A stretch of 64,000 bases of DNA from an uncultured Pelagibacteraceae bacterium (GTDB lineage Bacteria > Pseudomonadota > Alphaproteobacteria > Pelagibacterales > Pelagibacteraceae), in assembly GCA_902521675.1 (NCBI GenBank), contig CABYSP010000003.1, positions 4,065 to 68,064 of the forward strand, read 5' to 3'. Below are positions 30,187 through 39,289 of the stretch, one piece after another. Position numbers and translations under genes: made by a program. The stretch's first letter is position 1. Each line of letters starts with the position of its first letter. The notes under the pieces were generated by a model. That model saw nothing but the letters and a program-made list of their open reading frames with translations. It had not been told where the DNA came from and made no database searches.

Positions 30187-31124
30187 AAATTGGATTTATC
30201 GGTTTAGGTAATGTTGGAGGAAAACTTGCTGGAAGTTTATTACGAAATAACTTTGATCTTACAGTAATAGATTTAGATGAAAGTTTAACAAATTCCTTTA
30301 AAGAATTAGGTGCTAAAGTTGCAAAATCACCAAAAGAATTAGCAGAAAAAACTGATTTAATTATTACCTCTCTTCCTTCCCCTGAGGTATCTGCTGAAGT
30401 GATGGAGGCTGATGATGGAATTATAAATGGATTGTCAGAGAATAAAGTTTGGTTAGAAATGAGTACCACAGATGAAAACGAAGTTAAAAGACTTGGTGAA
30501 AAGGTAATATCAAAAAAAGCAATCCCTCTGGATGGACCTGTTAGTGGTGGATGTCATAGAGCAGCAATAGGCAATATTGCTATATTTGTTGGTGGGGAAA
30601 GAAAAGCATTTGAAAAAATTTTACCTGCATTGACTGTAATGGGAAGAAAAATATTGCACACTGGTGAGCTTGGCACAGCAAGTGTATTAAAAGTAATTAC
30701 AAATTATCTAGCATCTGTTCATTTAGTTGCATTAGGTGAAGCTTGGACTGTAGCAAAAAAATCTAATTTGGATTTAGCGAAAACTTATAAAGGAATTACT
30801 ATTTCTTCTGGTAATTCATTTGTACATGAAACTGAAAGTCAGGTTATATTAAATGGATCTTATAATATTAATTTTACAATGGATTTAGTTTTAAAGGATA
30901 CGGGTCTCTTTGATAATCTTGCAAAAAAACTAAATGCTCCTTTAGAAATTTCTCCACAAATAGTTGAAATTTTTAAAGATGGTCAAAAAAAATATGGTTC
31001 TAGAGCTTGGTCATCAATGATTGTGAAAAGAATGGAGGATTTAAATAATATTAATTTTAGAGCTAGTGGTTTTCCTGATGAGTTGGTTGATAGTGAACCT
31101 GAGGAAAAAGGATATGAAATTTAA
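30183..31124 (+). CDS. beta-hydroxyacid (3-hydroxyisobutyrate) dehydrogenase family oxidoreductase
   Basis: IGFIGLGNVG, EMST, DGPVSGG, catalytic K in LKVITN. Confidence 0.85.
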   Translation: MKIGFIGLGNVGGKLAGSLLRNNFDLTVIDLDESLTNSFKELGAKVAKSPKELAEKTDLIITSLPSPEVSAEVMEADDGIINGLSENKVWLEMSTTDENEVKRLGEKVISKKAIPLDGPVSGGCHRAAIGNIAIFVGGERKAFEKILPALTVMGRKILHTGELGTASVLKVITNYLASVHLVALGEAWTVAKKSNLDLAKTYKGITISSGNSFVHETESQVILNGSYNINFTMDLVLKDTGLFDNLAKKLNAPLEISPQIVEIFKDGQKKYGSRAWSSMIVKRMEDLNNINFRASGFPDELVDSEPEEKGYEI

Positions 31125-31144
31125 TTAATGTGTTAAGATAAAAA

Positions 31145-32575
31145 ATGTTAGATAAAAGAAAATTTTACATAAATGGTCAGTGGGTTGATCCAATTAAAAA
31201 AAATAATTTTAACGTAATTAATCCATGCAATGAAGATCCGTTTGCTGTTATTTCTTTAGGTTCAAAAGAGGATACAGATTTAGCTGTCAAATCAGCAAAA
31301 AATGCCTTTAATACTTGGAAAGCAACTAGCAAGGAAGAAAGGCTCAGTTTACTTGAAAAATTATCATCAGTTTATAAAAAAAGATTTAATGAAATGGCTG
31401 AGGCTATTTCTCTTGAAATGGGAGCACCTATGGATTGGGCAACAGATGTTCAAACAGCTTCAGGTAAAGATCATTTAGATGATTTTATTTTAAGATTAAA
31501 AAATTTTAAATTTGATGAACACTTTGATAATAAATCAAATAATCATATCTATTATGAGCCAATTGGAGTTTGTGGATTAATCACACCGTGGAATTGGCCA
31601 ATTAATCAAATTGCTTTAAAAGTCGTTCCTGCATTCGCAACTGGATGTACAATGATTTTAAAACCATCAGAAATTGCTCCTATTTCTGGAATGCTATTTG
31701 CAGAAATGATTGATGAAGCAGGTTTTCCAAAAGGTGTATTTAATTTGGTAAATGGAGACGGTGCAGGAGTGGGAACTCACATTTCAAGCCACCCTGATAT
31801 TGATATGGTTTCTTTCACAGGATCAACAAGAGCAGGAAGATTAATTTCAAAAAATGCTGCTGAAACAATTAAAAGAGTTTGTCTTGAATTAGGTGGAAAA
31901 GGCGGAAATATAGTTTTTGCTGATAGTTATAAAGATGCGGTAAGAGACGGTATTAGAAATGTAATGAGCAATTCTGGTCAATCTTGTGATGCACCAACAA
32001 GGATGCTTGTTGAAAAATCAATTTACGAAAGAGCTGTTAAAGAAGCTGTTGATGAAGCAAACAAAATTAAAGTAGATCAAGCTTCAAAAAAGGGAGATCA
32101 TATAGGACCAGTAATTTCTAAAATTCAATATGATAAGATTATAAATCTTATTGAAAGTGGAATTTCTGAAGGCGCAACTCTTGCAGCAGGTGGACCTGAG
32201 TTACCAAACGGTTTGAACAAAGGGTACTTCATTAAACCAACTATATTTACAGATGTAACTAATGAAATGAGAATTGCTAAAGAAGAAATTTTTGGACCTG
32301 TATTATCTATAATTCCATTTGAGACCGAAGATGAGGCAGTCAATATTGTAAATGATACTTCTTATGGTCTTGGGAATTATTTGCAAACTGAAGACCGAGT
32401 AAAAGCACACAGAGTTGCTAAAAAATTAAGATCTGGATGTGTTTACATAAATGGAAATGGAGCAGATACAGGAACTCCATTTGGTGGTTACAGACAATCA
32501 GGTAATGGAAGAGAAGGAGGTGTTTGGGGCCTTGAGGAATATCTTGAAGTAAAGAATGTTACTGGTTGGAGTTAA
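31145..32575 (+). CDS. aldehyde dehydrogenase (paralog of 16688-18121)
   Basis: ITPWNWP, FTGSTRAG, LELGGKG, GQSCDAP, EIFGPV. Confidence 0.92.
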   Translation: MLDKRKFYINGQWVDPIKKNNFNVINPCNEDPFAVISLGSKEDTDLAVKSAKNAFNTWKATSKEERLSLLEKLSSVYKKRFNEMAEAISLEMGAPMDWATDVQTASGKDHLDDFILRLKNFKFDEHFDNKSNNHIYYEPIGVCGLITPWNWPINQIALKVVPAFATGCTMILKPSEIAPISGMLFAEMIDEAGFPKGVFNLVNGDGAGVGTHISSHPDIDMVSFTGSTRAGRLISKNAAETIKRVCLELGGKGGNIVFADSYKDAVRDGIRNVMSNSGQSCDAPTRMLVEKSIYERAVKEAVDEANKIKVDQASKKGDHIGPVISKIQYDKIINLIESGISEGATLAAGGPELPNGLNKGYFIKPTIFTDVTNEMRIAKEEIFGPVLSIIPFETEDEAVNIVNDTSYGLGNYLQTEDRVKAHRVAKKLRSGCVYINGNGADTGTPFGGYRQSGNGREGGVWGLEEYLEVKNVTGWS

Positions 32576-33710
32576 CAGAATTTTTTAAATATCTTAGTCT
32601 CCCAATAATTTCATCTCGATCCATGTAATAACCTTGTAAATGTCTATGTCCTGAGTTTGGATCATATTCAGTTCTACCGTGTAATAATCGTCTATTGTTA
32701 AAAGAAAAAATATCACCTGGTCCTAATCTAAATTTAATCTGGAATTGATCGTCATGAAGTAAATTTCCAAATCGGTGATGAGCTTTATAAACTTTATCCA
32801 TCAAATCAGGATGACAGTCTAAAGCATCCATAGTTGCTACGCTAAACCGAATATCATGGTAATCATCATCTTTTGTTAGAGATATCGCGGGTGCGTAATA
32901 ACTTCTAACAGACTCTTGTGTATAATCCATGTCTCTAAATTTTAAATGAACGTTTACTAGCGTATCAAATATTTCTTTCTCATTTTTTCTTAAATAATCT
33001 GCAACTGCAAAGCCATCTACAGCGGATGAGTCTCCTCCTGTTGCAGAATTAACTAAACAATGAAGAAATTGATAACCAGGTGGTGTTTCAAACCATGGTA
33101 AATCCATATGATTTCTTAGGGCATGTGCTGTATAAGCAGAATTATTTGGTTTAGGAATATTAATTACTTCAAAAGGTGTTTTAAAAAAAGTTTCTCTAGT
33201 ATGGCTAATTCTGTTTAAAATTTTAAAGCCAGAATTATTTTCAGTTGGAGCATTTTTTACTATAGCAATTCCAGTGTGGTGTAAGAGCTCTAACCATCTG
33301 ACAAGTCCCTCATATGAACTCATAATTTCATCATGTTCAATCTCAATTGACTTCAGATCATTTTGTAAAGAGTTGTCCCAAAGTTGATATGGAGATTTAT
33401 ATTCTAAATTATTTTTTATAGTATAGCAGTTTTCTCTTAACCAATTTTGGTCATAATAACTTATGTGGTCACCTTCACTCCATTCAATTTCAAGCTTGCC
33501 TTCATTATTTACTGCAAATTTTTTTGGATTAATTTTGTTTGATACTTTTAAAATATTAAACATTCTATGACGTGAGTCTTTATCATGTGCAGTTGGACAA
33601 TTGTCTCTTAGCCATAAATAATTAAATTTACTTTTTTTTCCATCGCTCCAGTCAACTTCTAAATTTGTAGAATTTTTAGTTATATTTTTAATTGTAAAAT
33701 TTTGTTCCAT
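32559..33710 (-). CDS. gamma-butyrobetaine / trimethyllysine hydroxylase family Fe(II)/2OG dioxygenase (GBBH-N plus TauD)
   Basis: WLRDNC and W..GDH.S.Y...WL N-terminal domain; HMD, PPGYQFLHC, VDGF, NNRRLLHGR. Confidence 0.85.
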   Translation of the reverse strand: MEQNFTIKNITKNSTNLEVDWSDGKKSKFNYLWLRDNCPTAHDKDSRHRMFNILKVSNKINPKKFAVNNEGKLEIEWSEGDHISYYDQNWLRENCYTIKNNLEYKSPYQLWDNSLQNDLKSIEIEHDEIMSSYEGLVRWLELLHHTGIAIVKNAPTENNSGFKILNRISHTRETFFKTPFEVINIPKPNNSAYTAHALRNHMDLPWFETPPGYQFLHCLVNSATGGDSSAVDGFAVADYLRKNEKEIFDTLVNVHLKFRDMDYTQESVRSYYAPAISLTKDDDYHDIRFSVATMDALDCHPDLMDKVYKAHHRFGNLLHDDQFQIKFRLGPGDIFSFNNRRLLHGRTEYDPNSGHRHLQGYYMDRDEIIGRLRYLKNSVNSNQ

Positions 33711-34441
33711 TAATTTTTATAATTTGAATGTTCTCTCTCTAGTTTTCTTAATAAAGCAGCCCACTCCGTTTTTCCATCATAATTATAATCATCAGAGTCA
33801 CTCATGTTTTCCCAAAAATATGCAGCCTTCTGTTTATCTATTTCATGTTTGTTTAAACCCATTGCAAGGTTTTTTACCTGGACTGAACATGCTTGCTCTA
33901 GATAATAAGCTCTGAAAAATGCTTCTGCAGCAGTTTTTCCTACTGTGTAATATCCATGATTTCTTGTAATCAAAATGTCGTGTTTGCTAATTAGGTTTTC
34001 AAACTTGCTTCCAAATTCTTTATCCTCAACAAATTCATAATCAATATATCCAACAAGATGATTTAAATAAACTGCGGCCTGTGAAAGATACATCAAACCT
34101 TCTTTGGTACCTCCAACTGCCATCACATCATTGGCATGTCCATGAACATAAAAATTTACATCATTTCTTTTATTAAAAATCCATTGGGCAAGATTAATAC
34201 ATCCGTCATTTAACCAAGGTCCGTCTGAATCTAATTTTTTTCCGTTTTGATCAATTTTAACTAAAGATGAAGCAGTAATTTCTTCATAAAACATTCCATA
34301 TGGATGAACGAAAGAACAATTTTTATCTTCAGCAGATCTTGCCCCTGCACATTGGTTAGCAAGGTCTGTCATGCCGTACATATGTAAAATTCTATAGAGA
34401 GCAGACAACTCTAGTCGCACATCTTTATCTGTTTGCGCCAT
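33710..34441 (-). CDS. class II aldolase / adducin family protein
   Basis: PYGMFYEEITASSLVKID, VHGH, RNHG. Confidence 0.85.
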   Translation of the reverse strand: MAQTDKDVRLELSALYRILHMYGMTDLANQCAGARSAEDKNCSFVHPYGMFYEEITASSLVKIDQNGKKLDSDGPWLNDGCINLAQWIFNKRNDVNFYVHGHANDVMAVGGTKEGLMYLSQAAVYLNHLVGYIDYEFVEDKEFGSKFENLISKHDILITRNHGYYTVGKTAAEAFFRAYYLEQACSVQVKNLAMGLNKHEIDKQKAAYFWENMSDSDDYNYDGKTEWAALLRKLEREHSNYKN

Positions 34442-34566
34442 ATATAAAATTCTTATTTAAAAAATAAGCAAAAGCAAATAAATACAACTGTTATTTCTTA
34501 AAACAATTATAAGTTGTATAATATTTGTTTTACATATGATGATTGTAACTGTTAGAACATTACATC

Positions 34567-35592
34567 ATGTCAAAAATTGAGATCAACAACGTATACAAAA
34601 TTTTTGGAAACAACCCTTCTTCTGTACTGCCAATGGTAAAAGATGGTGCAACAAAAGACGAAATTTTAGAGCAAACTGGTCATACTGTTGGATTAGATAA
34701 TATTTCGCTTAAAATTGAAGAAGGAGAAACCTTTGTTTGTATGGGTTTATCAGGATCAGGAAAATCAACACTAATACGACATTTAAATAGACTAATCGAT
34801 CCAACTGATGGTGAAATTTTAGTTGAGGGCACGAATGTAATGTCACTTGATAAAGATAAACTTATTAAATTTAGAAGACATAAAATGAGCATGGTGTTTC
34901 AAAGATTTGGTTTATTCCCGCATAAAACAGTAATTCAAAATGTTGGTTACGGACTAGAAATGCAAGGAAAAACTGAGGATGAAAGAAATAAAATCTCAAT
35001 GGAAAAAATTGATGCGGTTGGTCTAACTGGTTTTGAAAATCAATACCCTGCTCAATTATCAGGAGGAATGCAACAACGTGTTGGTTTAGCAAGAGCATTA
35101 GCTACTGATACAGATATCATGTTAATGGATGAAGCTTTCAGCGCTCTAGATCCTCTGATTAGAAGTGATATGCAAAAACAATTAATTGATCTTCAAGCAG
35201 AACTAAAAAAAACAATTGTATTTATTACTCACGATCTAGATGAATCATTAAGATTGGGTGATCATATTGGGATATTAAACTCTGGAAAATTAGTCCAAGT
35301 AGGAACTCCCGAAGAAATTATTATGAACCCTGCTGATGATTATGTAAAAGCTTTTGTAAAAGATGTGAATAGAGCAAAAGTTATCAAGGCAAAAATTATA
35401 ATGAAAACTGCTGATCAAGCTAATGACATAGATAAATCAAACTTAATAAAAGTAAATGAAGATGAATTTATAGAAGATTTTTTACCAAAAATCGTTTGTT
35501 CTGATTCAAACTGTGAAGTGGTTGATAAAAGTGGAAATGTAAAAGGATACATTTCAAATCAAGAATTACAGTCTTCATTAACAAGATCATAA
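34567..35592 (+). CDS. proV: glycine betaine/proline-type ABC ATP-binding protein
   Basis: MGLSGSGKSTL, VFQRFGLFPH, LSGGMQQRVGLARAL, DEAFSALDPLIR. Confidence 0.9.
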   Translation: MSKIEINNVYKIFGNNPSSVLPMVKDGATKDEILEQTGHTVGLDNISLKIEEGETFVCMGLSGSGKSTLIRHLNRLIDPTDGEILVEGTNVMSLDKDKLIKFRRHKMSMVFQRFGLFPHKTVIQNVGYGLEMQGKTEDERNKISMEKIDAVGLTGFENQYPAQLSGGMQQRVGLARALATDTDIMLMDEAFSALDPLIRSDMQKQLIDLQAELKKTIVFITHDLDESLRLGDHIGILNSGKLVQVGTPEEIIMNPADDYVKAFVKDVNRAKVIKAKIIMKTADQANDIDKSNLIKVNEDEFIEDFLPKIVCSDSNCEVVDKSGNVKGYISNQELQSSLTRS

Positions 35593-35593
35593 A

Positions 35594-36055
35594 GTGTTAT
35601 TAAAAACTTTCGAAGTAAAAAAGGAATGGGTTGATTACAACAATCATATGAACATGGCTTATTATGTACTTGTTTTTGATCAAGCATGGGAAGTTGCTCT
35701 TGAAAAATTTAAGATGGGTGGAACAGCAGCAAAAGATTTACATAGAAGTACAATGGTTGTTGAAACTAATACTAAATATTTAAATGAGGTAAAAGAGGGA
35801 GAAATGGTCAATGTCAATCTGACTTATTTTGATCACGATAAAAAAAGATTACACTTAAAAATGGAAATGATTTCTCAAAAAACTAACAAACTTTCAGCTT
35901 CTATGGAATGGATATCGCTATATATAGATTTAAGCAAAAGGAAAGTCACTGAATTTGAAGAAGAAAAAGTAAAATTAATGAAAGATTTTATTGAGGAAAA
36001 TAAGTCAAAATTTTCAAGTGAAGGTCTTCTATTATCATCTAAATTAAAGAAATAA
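35594..36055 (+). CDS. hotdog-fold thioesterase family protein
   Basis: EWVDYNNHMNMAYY..FD; DKKRLH. Confidence 0.85.
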   Translation: MLLKTFEVKKEWVDYNNHMNMAYYVLVFDQAWEVALEKFKMGGTAAKDLHRSTMVVETNTKYLNEVKEGEMVNVNLTYFDHDKKRLHLKMEMISQKTNKLSASMEWISLYIDLSKRKVTEFEEEKVKLMKDFIEENKSKFSSEGLLLSSKLKK

Positions 36056-36095
36056 TTAAATATTCTATACAATTTTTTTTTGATATAGGTGCATA

Positions 36096-37049
36096 ATGGG
36101 CACAAATAATAATTCAAAAGGAATACTTTTAATTATTACTGCAATGACTTTTTTTGCAATGCAGGATGCTTTAATTAAATTCATTTTTGAAAAAGCAGCT
36201 TTATATGAAATATTTTTTGGAAGATATTTTGTTGCAGCAATTTTGCTGTTTGGTTATATAAAATTCAGAAAACAAAAAGTCTCTCTTAAAACTCACTATC
36301 CCTTTTTAACAATACTAAGAGTGATTTTACACTTTATTGCTTTTTCTGCTTTTTTTATCTCATTAACTTTTATGCCTTTAGCAACAGCAAATGCTCTATT
36401 TTTTTCCTCCCCTTTTTTCGTATCAATATTTGCAAAATTATTTTTAAAAGAGACTATTGGTATTAGAAGGTGGTCAGCAATTGTTTTTGGTTTTATTGGC
36501 GTTTTTATAGTCTTAAATCCAAATTTTTCAGACTTTGAATATCGGAAACTTTTACCAGTTTTTTGTGCATTTTGTTATGCCGCTTCTATGACAATCACTA
36601 AATATACATCTGATAAAGATGATGTTAACACCCAACTATATTACTTTTATCTTATTGCAATATTGCTGTGTATAATTTTATATATTTTTATGGGTAGTGG
36701 TCAGCTTAATAATCCAAACTTTGATCCAACAATACAATTCATCTTTAGAGAATGGTTTTCAAATATTGAATATACATGGAAATTTATTTTATTTTTTGGT
36801 TTTGCTGCATCAATAGCTTTTGTTTGTATTTTTTCAGCATATATAGTTGCATCACCATCTGTTGTTTCTTTGTTTGAGTACTCATTAATAATTATGTCTA
36901 TGATACCTGGCTACTTTTTATTTAACGAAGTACCAACAACCAGAACATTTATTGGTGTTGCGTGTATTATAGCAGCTGGAATTTATATTTATATGAGAGA
37001 GCGAGTTAGAGATCAGTATATTGCAACCGAAACTCCAGTAAGAAGATGA
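36096..37049 (+). CDS. DMT family transporter
   Basis: QDALIK, LKETIGIRRW, FEYS; about 10 TM helices. Confidence 0.88.
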   Translation: MGTNNNSKGILLIITAMTFFAMQDALIKFIFEKAALYEIFFGRYFVAAILLFGYIKFRKQKVSLKTHYPFLTILRVILHFIAFSAFFISLTFMPLATANALFFSSPFFVSIFAKLFLKETIGIRRWSAIVFGFIGVFIVLNPNFSDFEYRKLLPVFCAFCYAASMTITKYTSDKDDVNTQLYYFYLIAILLCIILYIFMGSGQLNNPNFDPTIQFIFREWFSNIEYTWKFILFFGFAASIAFVCIFSAYIVASPSVVSLFEYSLIIMSMIPGYFLFNEVPTTRTFIGVACIIAAGIYIYMRERVRDQYIATETPVRR

Positions 37050-38014
37050 ATAAAAGCTATATACCTACAATCAATATATCTTCACTAATTAAAAATAATT
37101 TTGAAACTCAAAATGCATTCAAAACAATTAAAGAAATTGAAAAAGCTTGTGTCAATGTAGGATTTTTTCAAATTACTGGACATGGAATTAATCTAAAAGA
37201 AATAAAAAAAACATGTGAAGTTGCTGATAAATTTTTTAATTTACCAGACAGCACGAAAAGAAGATTGGCACCTAAAAAATGGAATAAAAAAAATAAAAAT
37301 TTATACAGAGGATATTTTCCTAATGATGTTAATGGAAAAGAAGGTCTTGATATAGGTGATTTAAAAGTAACTAAAAAATATTCTTCAAATCTCAAAAATC
37401 AATACATAGAGTTTATTAATCTAAGCATTTGTTTTAATAGAAGCTCCATTAGAATTCTAAACAAATATTTTGATAACATTTATAGATTAAGTGAAATATT
37501 GTTTAAAAGTTTAATAAAACTTTATAAAAAAAATCCTGAGATTTCTAGTGCAGCTTTTTCAAGATTAAAAACTTTAAGTACATTAAGATTTAATTATTAC
37601 CCAAATCAAACGAAACCAGTAGAAATATCAAAACAAGATGGAGTAGCGCTTGGATGTGAAACTCATGTTGATAGTGGAATATTTACAGTTCTCTATCAAG
37701 ATAAAAAAGGTGGATTACAAGTACAAAATAGAAAAAACAAAAAATGGTATGATGTACCATTTAATAAAAAGGCTTTAGTAGTAAACACGGGAAGAGCTTT
37801 AGAATATTTAAGTAAAGGTAAATTTAAAGCAACCAATCATAGGGTTTTGTGGAATAAAAGTAAGAGGCTATCTGTTCCTTTTTTCTTTGAACCTTCCTAT
37901 GATTTCAAAATGAACCAATCATTTTTAAATGAAAGTAAATCTAAAAATAATGTTGAAATTTATGAGAAATTTCTCAAAAAATCTTTAAAGAAATTTATTG
38001 AATATCATCGTTAG
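37046..38014 (+). CDS. isopenicillin-N-synthase-like Fe(II)/2OG dioxygenase
   Basis: GFFQITGHG, YRGY, HVD...H facial triad (HVDSG, ATNHRV), RLS motif. Confidence 0.88.
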   Translation: MNKSYIPTINISSLIKNNFETQNAFKTIKEIEKACVNVGFFQITGHGINLKEIKKTCEVADKFFNLPDSTKRRLAPKKWNKKNKNLYRGYFPNDVNGKEGLDIGDLKVTKKYSSNLKNQYIEFINLSICFNRSSIRILNKYFDNIYRLSEILFKSLIKLYKKNPEISSAAFSRLKTLSTLRFNYYPNQTKPVEISKQDGVALGCETHVDSGIFTVLYQDKKGGLQVQNRKNKKWYDVPFNKKALVVNTGRALEYLSKGKFKATNHRVLWNKSKRLSVPFFFEPSYDFKMNQSFLNESKSKNNVEIYEKFLKKSLKKFIEYHR

Positions 38015-38033
38015 TAATTATAAAGTTTAAATA

Positions 38034-38116
38034 TAAAGCGATACATAACTCGTCGTTAAAATCAAAGATTTACGAAAGTGGGATCGGTCGTCTTTAAATT
38101 AAATTTTAAAGGAGGC
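38034..38116 (+). ncRNA. candidate cis-regulatory structured RNA (riboswitch-like translational switch)
   Basis: Locally GC-richer leader; outer stem 38034-38042/38087-38096, inner hairpin 38053-38075, alternative anti-SD helix 38087-38098/38105-38116. Confidence 0.55.
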
Positions 38117-38119
38117 TTT

Positions 38120-39289
38120 ATGAAATTTGGTTATTTTTGTAATACCACAAACTGGACACACAAACCTTATCATCAATTGTTAGATGAGACTAAAGAAATT
38201 ACAGAATACTGTGATCAAAACAAATGGAATTCAATTTGGTTTACAGAACATCACTTTAATCACGAGGGAATGGAGTCTTGTACAAATCCATTAATGATGG
38301 GTGCAGATGCAGCTGCAAGAACAAAAAATATAAGAATAGGCCAAGCTGCAAACGTTATTACTTTTCATAATCCAATAAGATTAGCTGAAGATATAGCTAC
38401 ACTAGATCAGCTTTCTAAAGGAAGAGTTGAAGTAGGTGTGGCAAGAGGAATTTATGGAAGAGAAGCAATTAACCTAAATAAAGAAGCTGACTTAAAAGAT
38501 CAGGCTAAAAATTTTAGATTATTTGCTGAGACTTTAGAGGTATTGAAGAAAGCATGGAGTGAAAAATTTTTCAGTCACCAAGGAGAATTTTATACTTATC
38601 CATCCCCAAATTATGTTTGGCAGCATGATATGAGTCCTCCTAGTGAAGAATTTATGAATATGGAAGACAGTACTATGAAAAAAATTAGTGTCGTTCCTCA
38701 GCCATATCAACAGCCACACCCTCCAATTCATCAAGTAGTTGATGGAATTAGATCGATAGAGTGGGCTGCTGAAAATAATATCAATGTTATCATGTGGATA
38801 CCAACAGTAAAAGCTTTGAAGCCAAAGTTTGAAGCTTATAAAAACAAAAGATCAGAAGTAACAAAGAAAAATATACCCCTTGGAGAAGGGGTGTCTCTTG
38901 TAAGAGATATGTTCGTTGCAGATACGATGGAAGAAGCAAAAGAGAAAGCTGGTGAACATATGGTAAATTATATGAGATGGGTTTGTCATTGGAGAGGTTT
39001 AGGAAATCATATGGATCCAGGTGAAGAATTACCAGAGACAAAAGGTAAATTGGATTTATTAAATTATGAATTTTTACATAAAAGAAATATGTTATTTGGA
39101 ACACCAGAATATGTGATTGATAAAATTCATGAATTAAAATCTGAACTCAATTTACAAAATTTACAAGTTTGGTCTAATTTTCCAGGTGTGAAGCATAAAG
39201 ATTGTATGAAAAGTATAAAACTCTTTACAGAAAAAGTTATGCCTCACTTCCAAGATGATTTTGATACTGAAGTAAAAAAAGTTTCGTGA
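38120..39289 (+). CDS. LLM-class (luciferase-like) flavin-dependent monooxygenase
   Basis: WFTEHHF, NPIRLAEDIATLDQLSKGRVEVGVARG, PYQQPHPPI, LFGTPE; SD ggagg before the ATG at 38120. Confidence 0.9.
   Translation: MKFGYFCNTTNWTHKPYHQLLDETKEITEYCDQNKWNSIWFTEHHFNHEGMESCTNPLMMGADAAARTKNIRIGQAANVITFHNPIRLAEDIATLDQLSKGRVEVGVARGIYGREAINLNKEADLKDQAKNFRLFAETLEVLKKAWSEKFFSHQGEFYTYPSPNYVWQHDMSPPSEEFMNMEDSTMKKISVVPQPYQQPHPPIHQVVDGIRSIEWAAENNINVIMWIPTVKALKPKFEAYKNKRSEVTKKNIPLGEGVSLVRDMFVADTMEEAKEKAGEHMVNYMRWVCHWRGLGNHMDPGEELPETKGKLDLLNYEFLHKRNMLFGTPEYVIDKIHELKSELNLQNLQVWSNFPGVKHKDCMKSIKLFTEKVMPHFQDDFDTEVKKVS

Noticed and set aside
16688-32575. ALDH paralogs as ends of an invertible or mobile segment
   Set aside because: Nucleotide sequences are clearly diverged, and there is no recombinase, transposase or terminal repeat
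38078-38119. N-terminal extension of the LLM ORF from GTG 38078
   Set aside because: A strong SD precedes ATG 38120 and the family starts at MKFG; the extension falls in the structured leader
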